NCBI RefSeq assembly: GCF_006345805.1
Contig: NC_043001.1
Span: forward strand, 97,898,001-97,962,000
Direction of reading: 5' to 3'
Source of the DNA: Octopus sinensis
Lineage: Eukaryota
Length of the DNA stretch: 64,000 nt
The notes below the pieces were generated by a model, which worked only from the letters and a program-made list of their open reading frames with translations, ran no database searches and was not told the DNA's origin. The translations under genes were made by a program, and so were the position numbers. Each line of letters opens with the position of its first letter. Positions within the stretch are counted from its first letter, which is position 1. Positions 25,681 to 38,148 of the stretch are shown piece after piece.

Positions 25681-27874
25681 TTATAATCCTCTTTAACACA
25701 GATATTTTGGGGCGGTTATAATTGAGAGAATTTACCACATTAAATGACTGGTGCTTTCTTGTATCGGCCTTGTGTGGGTGAAAATTAATTCGAATTTAAT
25801 GAAATTTGAAATCAGAACGAATACTTAAGTTTTGCAAATCCTTTTGTCCATATCTCTAACGTTTCTGGTAAATACGATATCTGCGTAATATTTAATATTA
25901 AGCATTTAATTTAAGAATTTATTCAATATGCTAACAAGGTGTATTTTCTATTCATAAATACTTTTAAGAGAAAGTGAAACTGGCGCACATCTATCAAGTA
26001 CATAATCTAGAAATAAAATTTGAAGTCGGCCCAATTATTTTGATCTTTGAATCACAGCCAAATACTAGAATTTGTATGTAGGGACATTTAATTATCAAAT
26101 CAATTTAATCTAGTTAGAGAAATTGCTAACCTAGGTTTGTTGTTGAATCGTTTGTTAGGTATGTTTCCAATGATTGCGCTAAGAAACATATTCAAACACA
26201 CAAATACGCTATAAATACGCATGCATAGCCTACTCAAGAGCAATTTATACCCTCGTCTGTGTTTGGTTTTGAATACAAATCTTTTCTTTATTCATTTATT
26301 ACATCATTTCATTAGAAAGAGTTAAGAATAAGTAGATGTTTAGCTAAAGCAATGAAGTATGCATTAAATCTCCTATCTATGACGATCTCCATAAAACGAA
26401 ATTCTGCTGATGGCTAACTATCTAAAGTAGACATTGTTTTATCTCATAAAGATCCGTTAATAATTTCCAAAATTTTAACTTCGTTAACCAATATTCTAAG
26501 TGTTTTTTTTAAGGTTGTTTTTCTCAGAAGACAATTTCGGAATCTACAAGACGAATACAATAGAGTTCAAAATTACTTTCATAATATAAACATATATCAA
26601 CAGAAAATATCAATCTGAATTGTTAGATTTTCAATGGTTATGCGGACAAATAAATGCCAGTTCAACCCGTAGAAAACTTCATACATTGTTAAATCCTAAA
26701 TTTGAAAATTTGCTAATTTATCAAAACAAGCAACTTTTTTTTTTGTCTTGATTTTCTTTTTACTACATTTCGTGATGCGTATATAAAATGGAACAAGTAA
26801 TAAAACCGCATTATCACAAAAAATAGTGAACATGATTCTGGAAAATCTAAGGTAAATTTATGTATCAAGAGGTTGAAATAATCCGATGGCTATATTTATT
26901 ATTAAATGGCCAACACTAGGTGTGCCCCATAAATAATATGTAAGGTTATTACAACATTTAGTCAAACGTGTACAAATAACAGGAAAAACTGATTCTATTA
27001 ATATTTTTTATATATAAAAGCAACTGATCAAGTGGACTCACTTATTTCAAACTGATTTTCTTTTATAAATATTGAATGATTATATTACATCTCATTGAGT
27101 TTGTATATTTTTGGCAATAAAGTCCCAATTTGGTTCAAACAAATGTGTGTTGTATATCAGCAGAATTATATGTGTACATTACTGGAATACTGAGGCCAAA
27201 CATCAACGCATGACTTAGCTGCCTTCCGGGGATGTTGCTAAATGACCCCTTAATACTATATTTGCGTTTGGATGATCCCAACGTAGTGTAGAGGATGTTA
27301 ACTGTACGAAAGCTCCTAGTTAGCAATATCCCACCATTTACTTGTGATTAGTGGATTAACTAGAGGCAGAGATTTTTTAATACGGATATTTTCAAACGAT
27401 TAATATAAGACATTTCAAAGTCAAATCCCTCAAAGAAATAACACAGCCAATTCAAAATGACGAGGCAAGTCGTTCCCATATGTAAATACCAACATTCTCT
27501 GCTGGCAAGAGAAACTCATCTCCGGTGAATTGAATCAAATCTTTCTCTGCCTAAAAAAAAAAAGGCAGTTCAAAGACCTTTTTTCTAGTTTTGAATTTTA
27601 ATGAAAGCGATTTGTTCTTACCTGTCTTGGATGTTATTATATTTCTTTGATTATTCCAAGGCATTATTTGAATATTTCTTCCTGAATCTCTCGACTTATT
27701 CTGACATCGATTGTGTAACAACCTTTATATATAAGATTGTTTTCTTGCCCCACATTTTTCGATGCTACTTAATTTTAATGTTTCATGCATTATTCGCTTG
27801 AATAGCTTATGTATAATAGACCCTATTCACGAAATATACAAATATTTCTGAAATTCTTCCTCTTTATCTTCTCA

Positions 27875-27956
27875 CTATTATTATTATTATTGCTTTCCTT
27901 ATTATTATTAATATTATTATTATTATTATTATTATTGCTTTTCTTATTATTATTAA

Positions 27957-27992
<36 letters not shown>

Positions 27993-28075
27993 GTTTATTA
28001 TTATTATTATTATTATTATTGCTTTTTTATTATATTATTATTATTATATTATTATCATTATCATTATTATTATTA

Positions 28076-28116
<41 letters not shown>

Positions 28117-28240
28117 GCTTTAATTATTATTACTTTATTTTTTTTATTATTATTGCTGTTGTTGTCGTTGTTGCTCTTGTTGTTGTCATCATCATCATCA
28201 TCGTTGTTGCTATTGATGTTATTGTTACTACGCTTTTCTT
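27875..28240. repeat. (TAT)n/(TGT)n trinucleotide microsatellite
   Basis: Directly visible. Confidence 0.95.
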
Positions 28241-28737
28241 GTTGTCTTCTCTGAACTGTCACTTTTCACATAGCGCCATTTTGAAAATACTTCCAAGATA
28301 AATTTAGGGAAAAATGCTTTTGCTCCACTTTTTTGTAACAAAAGGCTTTCGACCCCATTACGCGTTTTCAAAGAAATGTGTGTCTTCTAACTGATTGCTT
28401 ATTACTGCCGAATGACCATTTGCGAAATTCAAAGACTTTGCGAAACTTTGTCAGAAACAGCTGAAGGAAGATCTCACCATAGCGGTAGATGAAACAATCT
28501 CAATATTCTCCAAAATAATTTTCAAAATGGGAAACAGAATATCAAAGGAAGAGACGCAAGATGACAACAAGTAGTGATTGAAGCTGAAATCTTTACACAT
28601 TTACATTGAAAACCAGGAAGAAGAATTGCGCTGCAAGAATTTATTCCTGTAAAAAGACAGCATAAAAAAAATGGAAGGCAAATTCCAAGTGGACGGCACT
28701 ACTTTCCTAATCGCTGTTAGTTAACAATATACAATGA

Positions 28738-29175
28738 TCCACGATGATGATGATGATAATGAGAACGATGATGATGATGATGAGGAGGACGACGACGTCA
28801 ACGATGATGATGATGATGATGACGACGATGATGATGATGACGATTATGATGATTACGATGATGATGAGGATGGTGATGCTGATTACGACGACGATGACGA
28901 TGATGATGATGATGATAATGAAGATGAGGACGATGATGATGATGAGGCCGATGATGATGATGATGATGATGATGAGGAGGAGGAGGAGGTGGACGATGAT
29001 GATGATGATGATGACGATGATGATGAGGATGCTAATGCTGATGACGATGATGAGGATGATGATGTCTATGATGATGATAATGCTGATGATGATGATGATG
29101 ATGATGAAGATGGTGATGATTTTGATGCTGATTTTGATGATAATGACTATTATGAACGTGATGATAATGTGGTAC
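28738..29175. repeat. Degenerate (GAT)n microsatellite (gives the poly-Asp and poly-Met ORFs)
   Basis: Directly visible. Confidence 0.9.
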
Positions 29176-29569
29176 TAGGACGACGGTGTTGGTCGTAGTA
29201 GTAAATCTTGCTATCTTATGCATAACATTGAGAGTTACAGCAACAAGAACTATATTGCTACAGTAACTTCAGCAACAAATTCTACAGCCTATGCTATTGT
29301 TGATACTATTACAACTACTAATACTACTACTGTAAAAGCAAGTACAAATAATTGCAACAACGATGGCGACTAATGATGCAGGCTGTCTTTCAAAACAGTT
29401 TGACTGACACGATCTGTAAACGATCCATTTTATTAGGCCACAAAAAGTATTTCTCCACTCTTCGTAGTTAACGCATTTAAGAGGACAATGAACTTCTTAC
29501 TACACAGCAAGGGAGGAGTAAATCTGGAAGTACGAGCGCAGACGTATGCTCTCTTTACCCTTGACCTCT

Positions 29570-29761
29570 TTTACTCTTTTATTTGTTTCAGTCATTTGAC
29601 TCGCCTTTAGTCGAGCAAATCGACCCCAGGACCTATTCTTTGGAAGCCTAGTACTTATCTTGTCGGTCACTTTTGCAGAACCGCAAAGTTACGGGGACAC
29701 AAACATACCACCATCGGTTGTCAAGCAATGTTGGGGGCACAAACACAGACACACACACACA

Positions 29762-29817
<56 letters not shown>

Positions 29818-29860
29818 TACATATATACAAGGGACTTCATTCAGTGTCAAATTATTTAAT
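29570..29860 (-). mobile_element. SINE family B, 3' part
   Basis: tttcagtcatttgact..gagcaaatcgaccccaggac..gcagaaccgc..(CA)n. Confidence 0.85.
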
Positions 29861-30091
29861 GACACTTAAAGTCCATTCAAGTTTCCATATGGTCTTTACT
29901 ATACTCACTTTTACTCTAATACTTGTTTCAATCTTTGGAGCGTAGGCCATACTGGAATTCTGTCTATTGTGGTTAGACCCAAAGAATTTTCCCTAGTATT
30001 GGCTTTTAACTCTTGTACATATTCAGTTGTGGAGGCGCGTGACTTAGTGGTTAGGGTGTCAGTACCATGATCGTATGATTGTGATTTCGAA

Positions 30092-30280
30092 TCCTGGACC
30101 GGACGAAGCGTTGTGTTCTTGAGCAAAACACTTCATTTCACGTTGCTCCAGTCCACTCAGCTGGCAAAAATGAGTGACACTGTGATGGACTGGCGTCCCG
30201 TCCAGCTGGGGAACACATACGCCTTAGAAACTGGGAAACCGGGCCCCTGAGCCTGGCTAGGATTTAAAAGGGCACATTTA
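30092..30280 (+). mobile_element. SINE with family C head, CORE-like segment and V-domain-like 3' module
   Basis: ggaggcgcgtgacttagtggttagg..ttcgaatcc; tgtgttcttgagcaaaacact; gtgatggactggcgtcccgtccag..agaaactgggaaaccgggccc. Confidence 0.7.
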
Positions 30281-30599
30281 TTGTTTATTTTACATATTTA
30301 ATTGCATCCATTTAACTGAATCGCTTAGATGTGGGAGCGGCATGAAACCAAAACCAATTGTCAAACTGGGAATACGAATGTAAACACAAAGGCATACACA
30401 CAAAGGCATAAACGCGTGTACCCAACCCAGTCATATGTACGGTTAGTAATAGGCCAGCATGCATATGTGTGTTCTCCTACACGCACCATTATTATATTAA
30501 TAATGAAATATTAGTAAAATTATATATTTATATGTTTGTGTAAATATATATATATTATATATATATATATATATTATATATATATATATTTATTTATTT

Positions 30600-30745
30600 G
30601 AATATAAGAGGGGATTTTTACCACTACGTGGAAACCCTTATGCTAGAAGAAAATCCGCATAAGAGTTTCCACATAGTGGTGAGAATTTCCACTTATATTT
30701 CTGTATGTAATACTATTTACTGAACCTCAGTTTTTTATATGCTGA
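30600..30745 (+). repeat. Hairpin-containing dispersed repeat, copy 2
   Basis: Reverse complement of 16345-16480, with a longer loop gctagaagaaaatccgc. Confidence 0.8.
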
Positions 30746-30863
30746 TAGATATGATTGTGTATATAAATATATATATATATATACGAATGCATAGATGTAT
30801 ATGTATATGTATACATATATACACACACAAACACACACATACATAAATATATAATCTATACAT

Positions 30864-30928
<65 letters not shown>

Positions 30929-33105
30929 CTAATATCTAAATCTTATCCTATGTATGTATATCTGCCTGTATATAGGTTTACATATGTATATAAAAAAGTA
31001 TGTGTATGTGTGTATAATTATTTTCGTATATATAAATGTAGTTGAGTTATTTGTAAATCAGAGTAAACGTGATGCGTTTATGTTTTTGCGTAGCTACTAG
31101 GCCGAGAAAATTGCCGGATGTGGATTTTCCCGAATAAAAAATGAATCATGTTATATCTCTAGATTTAATCTTAAAAGCTAGAGAGATTTTGTTCCATTTC
31201 AGTGTCTCGTGATTGTTAATAATCTTGTTCTCATCATGGTTGACAGACTAGATAAGGATGAAAATACACTGCGGCAGTTTTATTTCGATTAAAACTTTCG
31301 TAACAACTTTTCCGAAAAACATTTTTTCATGCTACCTGAATATAAAAGTATTGTTCACTAGCTAAATCAAAAATCTTCCTATTTAAAAAAAAATCCAAGC
31401 ATACACAATATTGTGATATTCTCTAATGGAGACCAAGCAAAAATTTTGCTTTTATATCTCGTTCAACCTCTGGACATTTACATTGCAATATATTCCAAAT
31501 AATTCATTTGGTAAGTTTCACAATTTATATGAAGAAAAAAAGCGATGAATATATATATGTGTGTGTGTGCATTTTTTTTTTTGTTTTAGGGCTGGAGTGA
31601 TATCCTCCATACTATATAATAATCTTCACGACAGCCAAAAGAGTCTATGGCATTTTCTTGTGACAGAATGGCTTATCTCAGATGCTTATTGCAGGTTTCC
31701 TGGTTGGAAACTGGTGTTCATTTCCCTATAGTTTTGCTCCCTACTAAATATTGTCAAGTTATTGTTATCCGATTAGTTACTAGTTACAGATATCACCCAT
31801 AGTACGTATGTTAGCTATGTAGATGTCTTGGTTGATAACAATATACTTATTCCAGAATATGAATTTGATGGGAACACCCTGTACTATTTTAACTAATTCT
31901 ATTAACACAAAATATAAAAGCGCACAAATATTAAGCTCTGTTGTTTACATACAGATATTCATATCTTATTTTCTGAGACACTTCCAATGCTTTTTAACAA
32001 CAAGCATGTTCAAAGGGATTTATTGTAAGAGATTATGTCCAGAGAATATCAATTTATACGCAATAACGATTAAGAAATCTCAAACTGTGAAGCTAAAGTG
32101 AATACCAGCTTTTCTTTTGCCGACATGAAATGTTGTCTTTAAAAAAACTGTTTTGCTGTTGATGCTGTTCGACTTGTTTAGTCATAGTTCAGACGTAATC
32201 AAGGAGATTTCTGATTAAAGGCTTTGCAGTTGTAACCAACCATGAATTTCGTATAACAATGACAACGTTGCACAGCGTGTTATTTTGTTGTTAACGATTA
32301 TAGAGAATGAGATAAGGGAAATTAACTAATAATTCTAACATGGCGCAGTATTTCATGCAGCCATCAGTATTAGTTTCGGAGCCAAGAGCAGTAGTATGAT
32401 ACTTATTAATATCTAAATAAAGGGTATGAGAGAGATTTTCATACTTGTTCCTCTAACAATCATTAAGAATGAGATATTTGAAAATAAGCAATATCTGAAG
32501 AGAAAATATCAGTATTTCGAATCATCTTTATATTAACGACACGCACTCCTCTATTTATGCACATTATAGAAGAAAGAAACCCGTCATGTGTGCAACAAGA
32601 AGCTAAGTGTGGAGTTCTATGACGGGGTTTTTCAATTCCTTTATTTCTCTTCCAGTTATTTGAGTGGTCTATAAATATATACCGGTTATATATATATTCG
32701 TTGTTTCAATATACATTATATGAGCAACACTCGTTCGCTTTCTCAAAAGAAATCATTAAATAGACCGCATACTGTTTGAAAGGTGAGAAGTGTTCTCAGA
32801 GAATACTTCTTTTACCATTTCAATAGAGCAAACACTTCCCAATAAGAGAACAGAATATTTGTTTAATATATATGTTTGTTCTCTCAGCACGATTTCTTTT
32901 GCGAAGAAACATGCTGCGAGGAAATGGAACAAAACATTTTGCATCATAACACTTAACGAATACTATGCAGAACACAAGTTTAAATTCAAAAATTCATATT
33001 CTTAAATATAGGATTAAACCGATAAACTGTACATTTAAAGCATGAGTGACAAATATTCATTTCCTTTAAATGGATTCTTTATATATACTTACATACATAC
33101 ATCTG

Positions 33106-33380
33106 AAGGCGCGTGGCTTACTGGTTATGGCATTCGGCTTTCGATCGTAAGGTCGCAAGTTCATTTCCCGGCGAAGCGTCGTGTCCTTGAGCAAGACGCT
33201 TTATTTCACGTTGCTCCATTCCACCCAACTGGCAAAAATAAGAAGTACCTGTATTTCAAATGGCCAGCTTTGTCACAATCTGTGTTCACCCTGAGCACTC
33301 CACGTGCCTGTGGAGTGCTCAGCCACTTGCACGTTAATTTCCTGAGAAAGCCGTTCCGATGATCGTATCAGCTGGGATTC
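33106..33380 (+). mobile_element. SINE family C
   Basis: gaaggcgcgtggcttactggtt..gtgtccttgagcaagacgc..gtacctgtatttcaaa..ggagtgctcagccacttgcac. Confidence 0.8.
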
Positions 33381-33384
33381 CCAG

Positions 33385-33710
33385 CTGAGTTACCTCTCCT
33401 AGAAGGATGCCCTAACAAAGGCTAGGAGTCATTCACTCTCAATGGTTTAACCGCGCGATCGGGTATTCAGTTCGATTATTTCTATGTCCCCGCGCATGAT
33501 CCATCCTTATGACATTTATTGGATGGCCGTTGACTCTCAACAGTTCCTCCGCCCTTTGACAGGTTTTGTTTTTCATCCCGCAGGGTGTCCAATAAACACC
33601 CTCCTCACCAAGCAAGCTTGGTGGGGTTGCCGTTTTAGTTGCCGACGACCTGACCATGCAACAGGTGGTACTGAGTTACATGTTACCAGTAGCACTCGAA
33701 AGTGACCTGA
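33385..33710 (-). repeat. GC-richer, structured non-coding segment, possibly a LINE 5'UTR fragment
   Basis: Perfect small stems caccaagc-aa-gcttggtg and gggtgt-ccaataa-acaccc; composition differs from the flanks. Family assignment unverified. Confidence 0.35.
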
Positions 33711-34268
33711 CAATACATACAAACATACATATATACATAAATACATGCATACATACATACAAGCAATCAAGTTCGGATTATGCAACAATATCAACTGAAT
33801 AACAAAAAATTTTAATACAACATATCTAACGTACATGTGTTGCTTACAAACCAGAAGGTTTAAAAGCATATAGCGTTAAAAATACAGCATACTTCAGGGC
33901 TAAGCGGAACAAAAAGGCGCCACATAAACGAATTTGAACTTGTTTCAGAAGTGACACGAAATACATGACATTCGCCACTATCTCACTCATGACCCACTCC
34001 GATCAATTTCGTTTCGGCTAACTCTGAAGTATGTTGTGATATTTAACACGGCAAAAAGAAATTTTCAGCACGGAAAATCGTAACGTCTAGCGATTAAACG
34101 ATGTACATATGTGTTATGGATGTTGTGTTAATATTTTGTGTTCTTTGAAAGGTAAACAAAAAAAAAAGTTGAAGGTAGAAAAAAAAATTCGAAAAAATGC
34201 TTAAAAGATGAAATATTCGTTCGAATTCCAATATTCAATAGTTTACACGATGATGGAAAGTAACAAAA

Positions 34269-34388
34269 GTTCAAACGCCATATCACGTTGAAAGAACTGG
34301 TTCCTGTCCGATCTCCGAAGTTAAGCAAAGTCGAGCCTGGTTAGTACTTAGATGGGTAACCGCTTGGGAAACCTATGTGCTGTAAGCG
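34269..34388 (+). rRNA. 5S: Full-length 5S rRNA-derived copy, probably a pseudogene, with no oligo-T terminator
   Basis: gccatatcacgttgaaa..gtccgatctccgaagttaagcaaagtcgagcctggttagtacttagatgggtaaccgcttgggaa..tgctgtaagc follows the metazoan 5S consensus over ~120 nt with scattered substitutions. Confidence 0.9.
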
Positions 34389-34396
34389 TCACGATA

Positions 34397-34559
34397 GGCG
34401 CAAGAGTGGCTGTGTGATAAGTAGCTTGGTTACCAACCACATGGTTCCGGGTTCATTCTCACTGCGTAGCACATTGGGCAGGTGTCTTCTACTATAGCCC
34501 CGGGTCGACCAAAGCCTTGTGAGTGGATTTAGTAGGCGGAATCTGAAAGAAGCCCGTCG

Positions 34560-34621
<62 letters not shown>

Positions 34622-34830
34622 ATATGTTTGTGTGTCTGTGTTTGACCCCACCCACCCCCAAAATCGCTTGACAACCAATGGCGGTGTGTTTACGTCCCCG
34701 TAACTGAGCGGTTCGGCAAAATTGACCGATAGAATAAGTACTAGGCTTCCAATTTGCTCGACCAAAGGCGGTGCTCCAGCATGGTCGCAGTCAAATGACT
34801 GAAATAAATAAAAGATAAAAGACAAAAGAG
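34397..34830 (+). mobile_element. SINE family B, full length, 8 nt downstream of the 5S copy
   Basis: ggcgcaagagtggctgtgtgataagtagc..cagcatggtcgcagtcaaatgactgaaat plus A-rich tail. Confidence 0.92.
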
Positions 34831-35101
34831 TCATAGAGAATTGAGAGTTCACTAACAATTTTATGCGCTGAACCTTTGAAGGAAGTGAGAAAAGAGAAAT
34901 TCATTTTTTATATAATTTAGTGACGGTCCTGTTTGAGCAGAAGAAAGTGCAATTTGTTTAGGGTAACGTCGACAACTGGTGTTTCGAGAGGGAGCAAATA
35001 CTTCTGGAATCTATATATTCGTACACACCTACAAACAATGTATTGAATATGAAATAGGTTATGGAGTATAAAGTGATTGTAAGAGAAGATAGATATATCA
35101 A

Positions 35102-35159
<58 letters not shown>

Positions 35160-35592
35160 AAGAAAGAAATAAGGAGGGGTGACAAAAAGACAGAGGAGGA
35201 GAGAGAGATTGAAACAGAGAGCGGTTATAGATCGAGAATGTAGAGATGGAAAGTAGCAAGGCATTGCGATTATTATGCGAGAACCGGAATGGTTTGAAAT
35301 TCGAATCACAGTATAAAACGTCGAAGAAAATACTTGAGACGCTCAGCGGATATCATAAACATTTTAATTCGCATAACCTTTAGGTTATGACATAATGTTA
35401 AGGTGAACCTTTTTTTATCAGAACCATCTAGAAGTTTCGAGAGCTATGCAACTCAGAAGCAGGTAGTGGAAAGATTAGAATTATTTATCTCACTTCTGGG
35501 AAAGTTTAAACAGTCCGTTGATCAATAAAACTATTATATAAAACATGAACACACCACACTGACTCACACACATACACACACGCGCGAACACA

Positions 35593-35671
35593 CACACTCA
35601 TATATACGCAGTACTTATTTGTGTACGCACACTCATATATACGCAGTACTTATTTGTGTACGCACACTCAT
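35593..35671. repeat. 35-bp tandem duplication
   Basis: cacactcatatatacgcagtacttatttgtgtacg twice. Confidence 0.9.
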
Positions 35672-36139
35672 TATTTAGCTATGCATAGATATGTACAAAA
35701 CATATTGTGGCATGTCAGAATATACATACGTGTATGAATACTTATATATCTGCAGATACACATACACACACACACACATATACACACACTCACACACACA
35801 TATACACACACTCACACACACACACATATATATATATAGCTGTGTAATTATACATACGCGCACATATACACATATTGATTTCTTGCGTTCTCACAACATC
35901 AAAGTTAACGCTTTAAAGAGTTATATGTATTTAAAACATATTCCGACAAAAATTTAAATATGGCTTATCTGATACAGGGTATTAAGTGCGTTGACTATGA
36001 ATTCTCGAACTAAAGAATAGGTAAATTAGATGTCTTCTCCGAAGTCACTTCTCTCTCCTCTTTCTAAAACACACAAAATTCTAAACTGAAAAATATGTGC
36101 GGGTAATTCGGATATCAGAAAATTTTGGTTATAAATTTT

Positions 36140-36915
36140 GGCAAAAGGCTGGCACTTTAAGCGGAGGGGTTAGTCGATATCATCGATTCCCTGTGTTGAC
36201 GTTTTACTTACTTTATCGGCGCGAAAGGATGAAAGGCAAAGTCGACCTCAGCGAAATTTAAACTCAGATCGTAAAGACGGACAAAAGCCACTAAGAATTC
36301 TGCCTGGGGTCCAAACGATTCTGTCATCGCTATTTAAAAAAAGTCGGCCTCAGCGGAATCTGAAATAGGATAGTAAAGACGGATGAAATGCCGCTAAGCA
36401 TACTGTCCGGCGTCCTAACGATTATGTCATCGTTATTTAAAAAGGTCGGCCTCAGCGGAATGTGAAATAGGATAGAAAAGACGGATGAAATGCCGCTAAG
36501 CATTTTGTCCGGTGTCTTAACGATTCTGCCACCGGTATCTATAAAAGTCGCCCTCAACAGAATGAGAACTCACATGACAAAAACTGCTAAGCATTTTGTC
36601 CGGCGTATTAACGAATCTGCCATCGGTATATAAAAACGTTGGCCTCGGCGGAATGTGAAGTAGGATACTAAAGACGGATGAAATGCAGCTAAGCATTTTG
36701 TCCGGTATCTTAACGATTCTGCCATCGATATATATAAATGTCGGCCTCAACGGAATGAGAACTCACATCGTAAAGGCGGACAAAACCTGCTAAGCATTTT
36801 TTCCGGTGTCCTAACGATTCTGCCATCGGTATATATAAATGTCAGATCATGAAGACGGATGAAATACTGCCAAGTATTTTGCCTGGCATCCTAGCGTTTC
36901 TGCCATCGGTATTTA
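36140..36915 (-). repeat. SINE-A copy expanded into a ~102-bp tandem array of its head (about 6.5 units)
   Basis: Units like aaagtcggcctcagcggaat..aaagacggatgaaatgccgctaagcat..tccggcgtcctaacgattctgcc; the 34-aa period in ORF 36330..36557 confirms 102 bp. Confidence 0.85.
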
Positions 36916-37234
36916 ATGGCAGAATCAGAAAACAGTTTGTAGTATTTCTTCTTACTTCTTACGTTCTGAGATGAAGTTCCGCTCGGATCAGATTTACCTA
37001 TTATGTGCCTACGGTCGATGGAATAAATGCCAGCTTAGCACAGGAGCCACTGAATTCAACTGACGTCATCCCACGAAGTTTGATAGCCTTGTATCAAAGT
37101 TTGAAACCATTGTTGCAGTACCTTGAAATATATGTAACGGCATAATACCGCTGAAGATTTTGTTCAGTGTGCTAAGAACAAACTGTCATAATTGTTTCAC
37201 ATTTTCGCTCAAGGCCTGCAAATTGTGGGAAGGA

Positions 37235-37660
37235 GATAAGTTAATTACATCGACTCCATTTTTCAACTGGTACTTATTTTATCGGAAACGAAAGGATGAA
37301 AAGCAAAGTAGACTCCGGAAGAATGAAAGGCAAAGTCAAATCCCGCGGCATCTAAACGCATGACATAAAGTCGGAAGGAAATCCGCTAAGCATTTTTCCC
37401 GACACGGTAACCATTCAACCAACTCCCTGCTTCTTGAAGAAAATACTCTCATATTTTTTTCTACTCTAGGTACAAGGCCCGAAATTTGGTGAGATGAGGC
37501 CAGTCGATTAGATCGATTCCAGTAAGCAACTGGTATTTAATTTATCGAACCCGAAAGGATGAAAGGTAAAGTCGACCTCGGCGGAACTTGAAATCAGAAC
37601 GCAGAGACGAAATACCACAAAGAATTTCGCCCGGCGTGCTAACGATTTTGCCAGCTCTCA
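37235..37660 (-). mobile_element. Two SINE family A copies (one degenerate, one well preserved at 37455-37660)
   Basis: gaaaggatgaaaggtaaagtcgacctcggcggaacttgaa..ccggcgtgctaacgattttgccagct. Confidence 0.8.
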
Positions 37661-37865
37661 TATTAACTGAGGCTGTGATTGGCGAATGTTTTCTCAATAG
37701 GTAGCCACTATTTTTTTTTCACTTTCGCGGCTGGCCCATTAGAATACAGATTACTTTGTCAAAAGATACACTTATTTATTCACAATGTTTTGAATTATTT
37801 ATTATCTCTTATTTCGTTTTTGGATGTGGTTTGCAAGATTCGTTATAGAGTTCGTGTGTTGAAGT

Positions 37866-38148
37866 ATATTCTATTGTGTCTGGGGAGAGTCATTTTCTTT
37901 TTGTATCTTATTATGTAATACACTTACCGGTAAAATTTCAACTTATTTCTTATTTTAATTTTCTTAAAATATTCGTGGCGTCTTGCAACCTTTTCAAGTT
38001 TTGACTCTCAAAACTATTGAAAAGGTTGCAAGACGCAACGAAAATTTTAGGAAAATAAAAATATGAAATATGTGGAAATTTTACCGGTGAGTGTGTTACA
38101 TAATAAGGTACAAAAAGAAAATAACTCTCCCCAGACACAATAGAATAT
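37866..38148. mobile_element. ~283-bp near-perfect palindrome (3-nt centre) with hammerhead-like motifs in the arms
   Basis: atattctattgtgtctggggagag..ctctccccagacacaatagaatat; centre agttttga-ctc-tcaaaact. Confidence 0.85.

Noticed and set aside
28460-28520. DLTIAVDETI resembling a piggyBac catalytic motif
   Set aside because: Too short, with no supporting flanking motifs or TTAA termini.
28734-29198. 154-aa poly-Asp ORF resembling acidic biomineralisation proteins
   Set aside because: It is a degenerate (GAT)n tract that is also open as poly-Met and, on the other strand, as poly-His; there is no signal peptide or splice context.
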